From: Felis catus
Lineage: Eukaryota
Direction of reading: 5' to 3'
Length of the DNA: 64,000 nt
NCBI RefSeq assembly: GCF_018350175.1
Contig: NC_058368.1
Coordinates: 86,430,001-86,494,000, forward strand
Below the pieces are notes generated by a model, which saw nothing but the letters and a program-made list of their open reading frames with translations, did no database searches and was not told the origin of the DNA. Each line of letters opens with the position of its first letter. Position 1 is the first letter of the stretch. Shown here in pieces: positions 39,895-51,755 of this stretch. A program made the position numbers and the translations under genes.

Positions 39895-39919
39895 CTATAC
39901 CTTTTCCTTTTTAATGCAG
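39895..39919 (+). promoter_or_regulatory. 3' splice acceptor preceding the pseudogene coding exon
   Basis: cttttcctttttaatgCAG|aatg; same arrangement as the intact OR. Places the ORF-track ATG at 39914 inside the intron. Confidence 0.5.
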
Positions 39920-39934
39920 AATGTTTCATCAAAA

Positions 39935-40895
39935 ATGAACAATATTTCAGTGGCGACAGAATTTCTTATCTTGGGATTTTCAGGCCCATGGAGTCTTCAG
40001 TTCTTCCAATGTGTGCTTTTTACAGTAATTTACCTGTTTGCCATGAGGGGGAATGGCCTCATTATTACCATAACATCCTTGGACCCATGCCTGCACACAC
40101 CCATGTATTTTTTTTTTAAAGAATCTGTCTCTGTTAGATATCTGTCTCATTTCAGCTGTTGTGCTCAAAACTGTTGCCAATTCCTTGACCCGCAGCAATT
40201 CTATCTCATTTTTTGGCTGTGTCACCCAGGTCTTCCTGGTGCCTTTTTCAGTAGGGGCAGAACTGTTCCTCCTTACACTGATGTCTGTTGACCGTTATGC
40301 TGCCATTTGCCATCTACTGCACTATGAAGCCATCATGAACAGGGGCACGTGTGTGCAGACAGTGGCTCTGTCCTAGCTCACTAGTGGCTTTATATCTGTT
40401 ATACATACAGCAGGAACCTTTTCCTTATCTTACTGTGGATTCAATGAAATTCAACAATTCTTTTGTGATATTCCCCAGTTGTTCGCTATTACTTGCTCAG
40501 AGAATATAACTGTAGAAAATGTACTCATTCTTGTTAATGCAGTCCTAGATGTCTTCTGCTTTATTTGCATCACAGTCTCCTACATCTGCATCTTCTACAC
40601 TGTCAGAAAGATACCATCCACGAAAAGGCAGTCAAAAACCTATTCCACTTGCCTTCCACATTTGGCAGTTGTTATACTTTTTCTCTCAACTGCTTTTATT
40701 TCTTACCTGAAACCTATTTTAGGGTGTACATCATTCACTGATCTTGTTCTATCTTCTTTCTATATTTTGTTACCCCCTTCCCTTAATCCTATCATCTACA
40801 GCTTAAGAAACAAGGCAATGAAGGCAGGTCTGGGAAAGCTGATCCCTAGAAGACTCTTGAGAAAGGAGAATGTCCTTAATTTTCTCCAAGAGTAG
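39935..40895 (+). pseudogene. OR14-family (OR14A16-like) olfactory receptor pseudogene
   Basis: MNNISVATEFLILGFS...LHTPMYFF, then T10 run at 40108-40117 (9 T needed for frame), then KNLSLLDICLIS...MSVDRYAAICHLLHY...VALS*(TAG 40374-40376, conserved Trp)...QQFFCDIPQL...KTYSTCLPHL...PSLNPIIYSLRNKAMK. ORF-track pieces 39914-40291, 40161-40376 and 40479-40895 join into one OR. Confidence 0.93.
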
Positions 40896-41923
40896 AGGTA
40901 TTTTCTTTTGAATATTTTTTGTAAATACAGGGTTAATCTAGCTAGTATGCTGCAAATTTGTACTTATCTCTGGAGTTACCTGGAACCATGGTGGTAATTC
41001 TTGACCAAATGGAGTTAAATATACTAAATAGTATCAGTGAAGATGCATTCAGGTCTGACATAACTTTGGAGCATTGCTAGAGAAAATGTAAACATTCTTA
41101 GTTTGTACCTGGTTTCTATTAGGCTGTTTTAATTTCTGTTTATTGAGTCAGATTATACATCTGGTTTTGGATACTTGACTGGAGAACCATAAAAGTTTTC
41201 TCCTTAAATGAGAGTGTGGATTCCCTGGTGTCCTGATTTATTATCCAGAGAGGAAGCATGTCTCACATGACTGAAAATGTTTCCCAGAAGCTGAGCCTCA
41301 TTCTTCTGAATGTCCCTAATATTGCATTATACTTCTTTGCTTTTGCTACACTATACCATTTGCTGTAACAAATCTTTCCTGAATACAGATTGATACATTA
41401 TTGTAATTCTTTGTTATTATATAAATCTACAAAACCAGAACAGAGGTAAATAAAACATTTACTTTTACTTCACAAGTATATTTGTAAATATAAGTGAAGA
41501 ATAAAATGGGAGCCCAGTTTTGCCTGGGAGATTTGTTTCTTCATAGATAACAGTTCTACACCCACATAAAGTTTTGCATTTACTATATTCCTGCATTTAT
41601 ATCAGTTCAATATTTTTGGGTGGTATAAAATATGGAAAAGTAAGAATTTATTTACACTTTAAATTGTAATTGTATTAATAGTTTCTGTATTTATTTTCCA
41701 AATTCCACTTTACACTTTAGTTCTTACCCAATATTATGAAAATGTTCTTAATTCTGTATTATACCTGATGAGTACCAAAAAATAAATTATATGAAATTCA
41801 TCGATGTGTTTATTAGTATTCCTTTTGGCAAGGTCCATTCATTATTTGTTCCAGTGATTGCATGAGGAAAGAACTGATACAAAACAAATTCAGTCAAATT
41901 TTCCAGATGAGTCTGCTGATTGA

Positions 41924-41977
41924 AATATAATATATAATATAATATAATATAATATAATATAATATAATATAATATAA
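41924..41977. repeat. (TATAA)n microsatellite
   Basis: Read directly. Confidence 0.9.
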
Positions 41978-43259
41978 ATAATTTTCTATACATTTATAGC
42001 TCATAAACTTAGCTAAATATCAATGTGCAGTGAATAAATCTTTTCATAGAAAGAGACATTAGTCAGAACGCACTGAAAAAAAAGAGGGCTGATGATATAA
42101 GTGTTCTGTTTGTTTTAGCTTTTATTATTTTCAAAAATCTTTACCTGTTGAAATAATTGACTTAGTTTTCAATGATGAAGACTATTACATTTTCCACTAC
42201 TTTTATCATTCACACATTTATAATACAAAAAACTAATATAGAACACCCGTATTTTAAAAATGTACTAGAGTTAATAAATTCATTATTTTATGAATAATTT
42301 ATTTTGAAAATTCATTATAGTTCTCTATATTTTTAAAGTAATTACATTCACACATATGTTTATGTTCTTTGAAATTATATTTTAAGATGACTGAATATAA
42401 TTTTGTTTATATATTGTATTAACCCTTTTTTTTCTTTTTAACACTTAGATCTTTTTTGATACTGTATTATAATGGAAAGTAATAGACATTTATGTAATTT
42501 TTCTTTGTTGATTCCCCATTTTGGTATCTCTTTAGAGATGCAACAAACTCTGATTTAAGTCAGTATTCAGAGAATATTGTCCATTTTTAATTAATTGTAA
42601 TTCTAATAGGTATCAGCTTTATCTCTGTTTCCAAGGTTAATATCTTCGTGTTTCTATTTTACTGATACCCCTTAGCACTTGTGTGAACAATGACTATGAA
42701 CTAGCTTAGGATGCCACATTATTTAATCAGTACAAGAGCTACAGTTACATAAATAAGGCATGTACTATGATTTGTAGTTAGAATTTGAATAATCACATTC
42801 TAATGCAGATAAGTATTATAGATGTTATTTGAATTAGACCATCTTATAGGAACTAAATATGGGAATCTAGCACTTATTTAAAATAAAACATACATATATT
42901 GTAAAGTATAAACCAATATGTGTGAGAGTCCTTAACTGTGTGATAAGAATAACCAAGAAAAAAAAAAAGAACTAGAATTGTTTAGAGCAAATAAGGTAAA
43001 TTAACTACTTTACAATGGTAAAAACAAAATAATAGATATGAGCTTATATCATAAATCTAATATTTCCAGAAATATTTGGTGAATAGCATTTATAACACTA
43101 TTCTATGCTCTATGTATGCATTTATTTTCATTTATTTAATTACATGAAGAGCATGGGAAGCTAAGAAAAATGTCCTGGTGGAACACTTAATTTCATCACA
43201 ATAAGTCATACACTAAATATTTACTTTTGCATACAGACATTTTAAAGGAAGAACAGTTT

Positions 43260-43470
43260 GGGGCACCTGGGTGGCTCAGTTGGTTGAGCTTCTGACTTCG
43301 GCTCAGGTCATGATCTCACGGTTCATGAGTTCGAGCCCCCTGTCAGGCTCTGTGCTGACAGCTCAGAGCCTGGAGCCTGCTTCGGATTCTGTGTCTGTCT
43401 CTCTCTCTCTGACCCTCCCCCGTTCATGCTCTGTCTCTGTCTCAAAAATGAATAAACATTTAAATAAAAT
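43260..43470 (+). mobile_element. Can-SINE
   Basis: Perfect TSD aaaggaagaacagttt (43244-43259, 43471-43486). Confidence 0.95.
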
Positions 43471-43989
43471 AAAGGAAGAACAGTTTGAATTTATAACAAA
43501 ATCATGTAATTTAATATAGAGTTTATACAGTCTTAGAAAAGTAAATATTTTAAAGAAGACATTGAAATATGGGAAAAACAAATAATCTTCACTATCTATT
43601 ATTTTCTTCTTTACCTCAGTTGAAATAAGTATCAAATTGTATCACAAGCATACACAAACAGAAGCTCTGTGATTCCTCACTGGGCTGAGACATTTGCTTT
43701 ATATTCTATTCAAATATGTGCAAATGTAATGCCAAAATATTACATAATAACAATTTAGGTTCAATACAAAATACAATATTGATTTGTTCTCAAATGACCA
43801 AAAGTCCACACCACAATGGTTATTATCAACTCTCACATTGTCTTCAGCCCAATACTGATTTTGATATGGATAAAATGTATATTTGGAGACCAACCATGAA
43901 TGATTAGAATCGATTATAAAATCTTGATCTTTTGAATTTGTTGTGTAAATGTTTTTAATGATTGTTTTCTCTTACGAATCACTTTATTT

Positions 43990-44206
43990 TCTTTATTGAC
44001 TTTTTTAATCTTTATTTTTGAGATAGAGTGAGAGACAGAGTGTGAGCAGGGGAGGGGCAGAGAGAGAGGAGACACAGAATCTGAAGCAAGGTCCAGGCTC
44101 TGAGATGTCAGCACAGAGCCCGACATCGGGCTTGAGCTCACAAACCGTGAGATCATGACAAGAGACAAAGTCGGACACATAACCGATTGAGACACCCAGG
44201 TGCCCC
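43990..44206 (-). mobile_element. Can-SINE
   Basis: Reverse-complement head cccaggtgcccc; T-tail. Confidence 0.9.
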
Positions 44207-44317
44207 TCACTTATTTTTTAATATTAATTGTAATACTATTACATTCTCGTTCCAAAAGAGTTATGGAATGTAATAAAACTTCAATGATGTATTATAAAAT
44301 AAATTACATCATTTTAA

Positions 44318-44525
44318 TATTTTTTTAAGTTTATTTATTTATTTTGAGAGAGTGATAAAGTGAGAGCAGGGGAGGAGCAAAGAGAGAGGAGAGAGTGAAT
44401 CCCAGGCTGACTCTGCACTGTTAGTTCAGAGACTGATATGGGGCTCAAACTCACAAACCACAAGATCATGGCCCAAGCTGAAATCAAGAGTTGGATGCCC
44501 AACCGACTGAGCCACCCAGGCACCC
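44318..44525 (-). mobile_element. Can-SINE
   Basis: Reverse-complement head gagccacccaggcaccc; flanking cattttaa repeats. Confidence 0.9.
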
Positions 44526-44902
44526 ATAGACCATTTTAAACATATTTTAAGTCTATCTGTTGCCAATATGTTTTCCAAAATTGACTGTAGAATGTAATTT
44601 AAAATATTTTAACTAAGTTAATGAAACATTCAATGATGGCTAATGTATGCTTTTACATTTTTAATCACAATTACAGTGATTAGGTTGATTTCTTATTCTA
44701 TTTTATTTTTAATTACTAAATTAACTTATATTAATGGACTGTTAACAATTTACTTGTAATACACAAATACATATTAAAGAACATCACATAATACTTTCTT
44801 ATATTATATATTTTTAAGTTTGTTTAAAAAATTCTCATTGTATAAAAATTATATACATTCCAATAGTTAACTCAGAACATAAATAAATGTGTACCATATT
44901 TT

Positions 44903-45122
44903 AGGGTTTTTTTTAATGTTTTATTTTATTTTCTTAAGAGACAAAGAGGACAGAGCATGAGCAGGGAAGGGGCAGAGAGAGAGGGAGACACAGAATCCAA
45001 AGCAGGTTCCAGGCTCTGAGCTGTCAGCACAGAGCTGGATGTGGGGCTCAAACCCACGAGTCATGAGAGCATGGCCTGAGCTGAAGTCTGATGCTAAACC
45101 GACTGAGCCACCCAGGTGCCCC
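44903..45122 (-). mobile_element. Can-SINE
   Basis: TSD aaatgtgtaccatattt/aaatatgtgccatattt. Confidence 0.9.
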
Positions 45123-45425
45123 AAATATGTGCCATATTTAAAATCTAGAGAGAATCAAAGAGACTTAAAAATGAAGTGTGGGAAATAATTATTGACCATA
45201 AAGTTTGAAAAAGTTGTATGTACTACTGGCATAAATAGAAGATAATTATTTAAAATCAAAAGTCACGGAAAGCTTAAAAATTAAAATTAGTGATAAACTC
45301 AAATATGAAAAATTACCATGAACATTTTGTAGAGGAAAGGAAACAAAAATTCACAAACACGTATGTACACAATCACACAGACACAAACGTGATACATATA
45401 AACAAAAAGTGAGAATAAACTGGAA

Positions 45426-45630
45426 AATACTGTATTGTATACTTAATATTTGCTGAGGGTGAATCTTAAGTATTGTTACCACATCCCCAAAAATGATAAC
45501 TATGAGAAGTGACAGAAATGTTAATTAGTTTGATTTTTGTAATCATTTCACAATATACGTGCATATAAAAATATCATGTTCTACACTCTAAATATACACA
45601 AGTATCATACTTCAATAAAGTTTGAGGGAA
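45426..45630 (+). mobile_element. L1MA-type 3' end fragment
   Basis: aatactgtattgtatactt...gtaatcatttcacaatatacg...cttcaataaag. Confidence 0.7.
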
Positions 45631-45866
45631 AAGATGTTGATTAAAAGCAACCTGTGATCATCTATTGGACCTTAGAATAACATATACTTCAGTAAAGACA
45701 CAGATACATATATAGTATAGCTGTATAGACAGATGATAATGATGTTAATATATACAAAAGGGATTGCTTGGACATTTGACATGGAGATTTAATAGTAGAA
45801 TTGAGTCCACAGTATATATCTTTTTCATTATCATGAAATTTTGTTTTAGGCAGATCTAAGCTATAT

Positions 45867-46203
45867 ATATATATATACTAATGTTTATTTTATATGTCAA
45901 AATATAAATTATAATATTTTATATGTTGTTTATATTTTAATGTTAAAATATACATATACACATATATATTTTAATGTTCATTTTTAATAAAAAAATTAAA
46001 TTGGTTTTATTATTTATTTTGAGAGAGAGATACAGAGCGTGAGCAGGGGAGGGGCAGTGAGAGAAGGAGACACAGAATATGAAGCAGGCTCCAGACTCTG
46101 AGTTGTCACCAGAGAGCCCAATGAGAGCCTCGAACCCATGAACTACGAGATCATGACCTGAGCTGATGTCGGACGCCTAACTGACTAAGCCACCCAGGTG
46201 CCC
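45867..46203 (-). mobile_element. Can-SINE with expanded AT-rich tail
   Basis: Body 46020-46203; TSD agatctaagctatat/agatctaggttatat at 45852 and 46204. Confidence 0.85.
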
Positions 46204-47224
46204 AGATCTAGGTTATATTTTAAATTTTGTTTAATTTGGTTTATCAATCAGAAGTGTTACTTGATACAATATAAGCTTTATACCATTTCATATTTTTTGC
46301 TTTTTGTCTCTATGATATTTATGTCTTTCCTCAAAAAAAGTTTTTCTTTCTCAGATTTTCCAAGAGTTAAGTATGATTGACAAATACAAATGGTACATAT
46401 TTAAGATATACTACTGTAAAAACACTCCAATCAGTCTTAAGGGTTAAATTGTTTCAAAGGTATACACTACTTGCTTGTTGATCTAAGTCCCTTGATCTGT
46501 GGAACAACTAACTTACTTTATTTGAAATTTTCGAACTGCTGCTTTTGAGGAGTGAAGGACCAAACTTTCCTTGAGGAAAAGACCAGACTACATTCACAAA
46601 TAACTGGTTAAACTCCATCTGTAGACCTTCCATACTTTTAAAGAAAGAACAGAGCATTCCTGCATGTCACAATACAGGAACCAAGGCCCCATGCAACAAT
46701 CCTTCAGCACTCATATGACATCTGTAGCTGTCACCATTGAGATTGCACATAATCAAGAAGTGTTACAGACTACTTCATGCCCTTTATTGATTAACTACTC
46801 TAAACCCTTTTAAAAACTTACTTTGTTTTCATATAATATTTATTCCCATATGAAAATAACGCAACGACTGCTTTATTACTTGTTAACTATGTAAGGGAAC
46901 ATACTCATTAACTATTTCTAATTAGTAATGGTAATCGTGTGCTCATATAGTTTATTCATTTGCCTGTGGTGTGATAACTTTTGTGGTTAAATTGAATGTA
47001 CTTTTATAGAGTTGCAGATAATAGCATTTATTACATGTGAATTTTTTCCATCATTGATTGTCCCTTTAATTACATTTTTTACTTACACATTTTTTATTTT
47101 ATTTTGTTTTGTTTTATTTTATTTTATTTTATTTTATTTTATTATTTTAATGTATTTTGCTTTGTTCGATTTTATTTTTGATGCTGATGGCATTATTCTT
47201 ACATGGTGATTTAGCTTATTCTTT

Positions 47225-50006
47225 TAATACTTTCACTGAGACACATTTACATATAGAATCGTATAAATTTAATATTTGCATTGTAATGACTTGATACACA
47301 TATATCCAAAATGAGTACCACAAGGAGGTTAGTTAACATGTCCATCATCTCACATAATTACACTTTTTTGTGACTAAAATATTTAAGAGCTAATTCTTAG
47401 AACTTTCAAATATAAAATACAATATTGTGAACCAAGTCACAATACTGGACATTTCAGAATTTATTCATCTTATAACTTGAATCAATACCCTTTGACTACC
47501 ATCTCCCAATTTCCCTGTCCTTTAGCCTTTGGTAGCCACCATTCTATTCTTTGTTTTAATGACCTCAGCTCTTGTAGATTCCACCTATAAGTGAGATCAA
47601 ACAGTATTTGTATTTCTTTATCTGAATTATTTCTATTTGCATTAATGCACCCAAGGTCTATCCATGTTATTGCAAATGGCAGAATTTCTGTGCTATTAAT
47701 AGCTGAATACTATTACACATTTTATATTATATACTATTTATATAATTATAACACTTTAAGTATTTACAATATTTATATATGTATAAATAGTAACATCTAA
47801 TATTTAATTTCTGATTTTATTGATGTGTGTTGTCTATCTTTTTTCTTGCTAAGTCTTGTTAAAGTTTTGTCTATTTTGTTTATTTTAAAAAAACAGTTAC
47901 TTTCATTTCCTTTTGTATTGTCTTTTGGAGACTGTATTTCATTTATTCTCATTGTGATCTCTTCTTTTTTTTTATCTGCTAATTTTAGGCTTTGCATTTT
48001 TTCTAGTTCCTTTAGGTGTGAAGTTGTTTACTTGAGATCTTTCGTATTTCTAAATGTAGGAGTTTATTGTTATGATCTTTCCTCTTAGAGCTGCTATACT
48101 TGCATCCTATATTTTTTTGTATACTGTATTTCTATTTTTATTTTTCATGATATATTTTTTAAATTTCTCTTTTGATTCCTCTTTTGACCCATTGGTTTTA
48201 ATCCCATGTTCTTTAATTTCCCCTTATTGTGAATTTTCTAGTTTTCTTCATGGAATTGATGACTGGTTTTACATGATTGTGGGTATAAAATATGTTTGGT
48301 ATAATTCCAATATTTTTTGTATTTATAAGGACTTGTGTTATGATCTAACATATCTATCCTGGGTAATGTTCCATGTGTGCATCAGAAGAACATGTGTTCT
48401 GCTGCTTTTAGTTGAAATATCATTTGGGGTGCCTGGGTGGCTCAGTCAGGTAAGCATCTGACTTCACCTCAGGTAATGTTCTCAGGGTTCATGGGTTCAA
48501 ACCCTGCGTTGGGCTCTGTGTTGACAGCTCAGAGCCTGAAGCCTGCTTCAGATTCTGTGTCTCCCTCTCTCTCTGACCTTTCACTGCTCTCTCTGTCTCT
48601 TTCTCTGTTTCAAAAATAAATGTTAAAAAAAAAGGAAATATCTTTTAAGTCCATTAAATGTAATTTGTTAGGTCAAATGTTTTCTTATTGTTTTCCTATG
48701 TGGATGACCTATCTATTGCCAAAAGTGAGGTATTAAAGTTCACTAGTATTAATGTATTCCTTTCTATTTTTTCAATAAGGTCTGTAAATATTTGCTTTAT
48801 ATATTTAGGTGTTCCTATGTTGAGCACATAAATACTTACAAATGTTATATCCTTTATTGGTTTGACCTCCTTATTCTTATATAATTATGTTCTTTGTCTC
48901 TCAGTACAGTCTTTGTCTAAAATCTATTTTGTCTTATATAAGCATAGATACACAGCTTTATTTTGTTTTCCATTAGCAGGGATTATCTTTCCTTTTTTTT
49001 TTTTTTTTTTTACTTTTAGTGTTTGTATGCCCTGAAAGCTGAAGGGAGGCTGTAGAAGGTAGTGTATATTTTGTTCCTATAATTTTACCCATTTTGCCAC
49101 TCTGTATCTTTTGATTGGAGAATTTAGTCTATTTACATCTAAAATATTTATTCATAGGTATTTTCTTATTTCTGTTTTATTATTTTTTTCTTGCCAATTG
49201 TAATTCCATTGTTTTTATTTACTTTACTTTTTTTGACTTCATAATTTTTTGAGTGATATTGTTAGATTCTTTTCTCTTAATCTTTTGTGTACCCACTACA
49301 GATAATTTTGCTTTTGGTTACCATGAGTGTACATAAAACATTTATTTACAACAATCTATTTCAAGTTCATAACACCTTAATTTAAATACATTTTAAACTC
49401 CACACTTATACCTTCCCCATACATTTTGTATTTTTGATGTCACTATTTACGTTTTTTATCTGGTATATCCATTAATCTATTACTGTTGATATAGTAATTT
49501 TTATTATTTCATTTTATAAGCCTCCTACTAACTTTACTACTATTTAACCCACTACTTTTACAACATTGGGCTATTCTGAATTTTACTAGATATTTGCTTT
49601 CACTAGTGAGATTTATATGTTTATATGTTTTCTATGGCCCAAAATAGCATGCTTTCATTTTTGCTTAACAAAGTCCATTTAACTTTGCTTGTAAGGATTG
49701 TTCAGAGGTGGTGAAATCCCGAAGCTTTTGTTTCTCTGGAAAATGATCTATTCTTCAATTCTGAATAAAGATTTTATCAGGCAGAGTATTCTTGCTTAGA
49801 AGTTTTTATTTTTCAGCACTTGAATATATTGTGTCACTCTCTCTGGCCTGCGAAATTTCTGCTAAAAAAATCTGCTGATTGTCTTATTGTGGTTCCCTTA
49901 TAAATAACAAGTTGTTTCTCTTAGATCTTCTAAGATTTTATCGTTGTCTATATGTTTTGACACTTTAAACATAATTTGTCTTGCTGTGAGTCTCTTTGAT
50001 TTCTTA
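47225..50006 (-). mobile_element. Old L1MA-type LINE-1 (3' end joined to EN/ORF1 region)
   Basis: Antisense 3' UTR, EN region (aatgttccatgtgtgcatcagaagaa) and ORF1 region (ggcagagtattcttgcttagaag). Confidence 0.75.
48426..48633 (+). mobile_element. Can-SINE
   Basis: ggggtgcctgggtggctcag head; TSD gaaatatc. Confidence 0.9.
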
Positions 50007-50008
50007 TA

Positions 50009-51094
50009 CAGTAAAACCTTGGCTTGTGAGCATAGTGCATTTCTGAAACATGCTTGTAATCCAAAGCAATTTGTATTGAAGAGAATTTCACCATAAGAAA
50101 TAATGGAAACTCAGATGATATATTCCACAACCCAAAAATATTCACATAAAAATGATTACAACACTGTAATATAATACAAAATAACAAAGAAAATACAAAA
50201 TATAAAGAAAAATAAACAAATTGTCCTGCACTTACCTTTGAAAACCTTCATGGTTGGAATGAGGCAGACAAGAGAAAGGAGGGTTACTGTGTAGGACAAC
50301 TTTCACTATTACTAACTGAATCATTGCTATCTATTGGCTCTATGGATTTTTTTTCCATACAACTTTAACCTGGAACTTATCTAATGACACTTGTTTTTGC
50401 CTCCTTTTAAGTATTCCACAGAAGTGTGGCATTGCATTGTCATTGAAACAGATTCATCACTCTCACTGCTACGGCCTTCTTTGGGTGGTGCTTTTCTATA
50501 AAAGTTTGCAGTTTCCCACATTGTACATATCTCCTTTATATCATTTGACTCCTTTTGCTACATCTAGCCCCTTATTTCTTCTTTCTTCTTTAATATTGTG
50601 CAAATGATCAATGTAGCCTTCTTATAAATTCTTGCAATTTTGGACATTGCCTACCTCATCCATACTTCTCAGTGATTTCCTTCTTAACTTCCACCATAAT
50701 CATCTCTTTCTTATTGCTTTTCTTTTCCACCTTTTCCTGAATGGAGTCATTATATATGCTTCCATGGATGTTGACCAGACTACTGTATTAATAAACTCAT
50801 ATCATATACTGTATTTACTATAATTGGAAATAAGGCAACAGAAGAAAGGGTCTATATCTGTAGGCAGCCTGATCTAGAATAAAGCAAAGTATTCCTAAAC
50901 TTACTCCTGTATTAAAAAGAAAAGAACTGTCAATTGGTGATTTGAAGCGACAAAAAATACACTAGTGCTAGTTGTGGGCATTTTCCAACATTCTGAAAAC
51001 CACTGATTCCTGCCAAACACTGTGGCCTGTGACCAAGCATCTTAGTATGAGAGATGGTCACCCACAATGTCACAGAGAGAGAGAGAGAGAGACA

Positions 51095-51127
<33 letters not shown>

Positions 51128-51287
51128 GGAAAACCATTAGCTCAGTAGTGATAATGTGATGTTTGGTGTCATGTACTACTCGTATTGTAAGACATCACTT
51201 GTTTATCAAGTTAAAATTTATTAGAAATATTTGCATATCTTGCAGAACTCTCACAGAACAAGTTACTAGCAATCCAAGGTTTTACTG
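50009..51287 (-). mobile_element. Non-autonomous Tigger/pogo (TcMar-Tigger) DNA transposon, 1279 bp
   Basis: TIRs cagtaaaaccttgg (50009-50022) and ccaaggttttactg (51274-51287); TA target on the left, TG on the right; minus-strand transposase relics (VEVKKEITEKY..KIARIYKKATLIICTILKKKEE; FIEKHHPKKAVAVRVMNL..NDNAMPHFCGILKRRQKQVSLDKF). Confidence 0.88.
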
Positions 51288-51531
51288 TGTATATAACTAG
51301 AAAGTGAAAATCAAAATTCATAAGACAACTACAAAAGTGACATAACAATATATTTGAAAATGTAAAATACAGTCTTTTGCAAAAAAACAATTTGTATTCA
51401 ACTCAATAAGGAAAAAAAGTAGGAATAAACCATAGTAATTAAAGAGATTAATTGATAATGGAAACTATCCCAAGTGTGAATCAGTAGCTGAGTGAGTTGA
51501 CAGAAACTTTTATTAAATTACTGAGAAGGAT

Positions 51532-51755
51532 GGGGCACCTGGGTGGCTTGGTCCCTTAAGTGTCTGACTCTTGATTTTGACTCACATCAGGGTCCCATGG
51601 TTTGTGAGTTTGAGCCCTGCACTGGGCTGTGTGCTGACAGTTCAGCACCTGCTTGAAATCCTCTCTCTCTCTCTCTCTCTCTCTCTTCCCTTCCCTAGCT
51701 TGTGTCTTTTTTCTCTCTTTCTCTCTCAAAATAAGTAAATAAACAAAAAAAAAAA
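51532..51755 (+). mobile_element. Can-SINE
   Basis: TSD tactgagaaggat/tactaagaaggat. Confidence 0.92.

Noticed and set aside
39914..40291. Independent 125-aa protein (and the 71-aa and 138-aa ORFs downstream)
   Set aside because: Fragments of a single frameshifted OR pseudogene.
43260..43340. tRNA genes (A/B-box-like heads)
   Set aside because: These are tRNA-derived Can-SINE heads followed by (CT)n and A-tails with TSDs.
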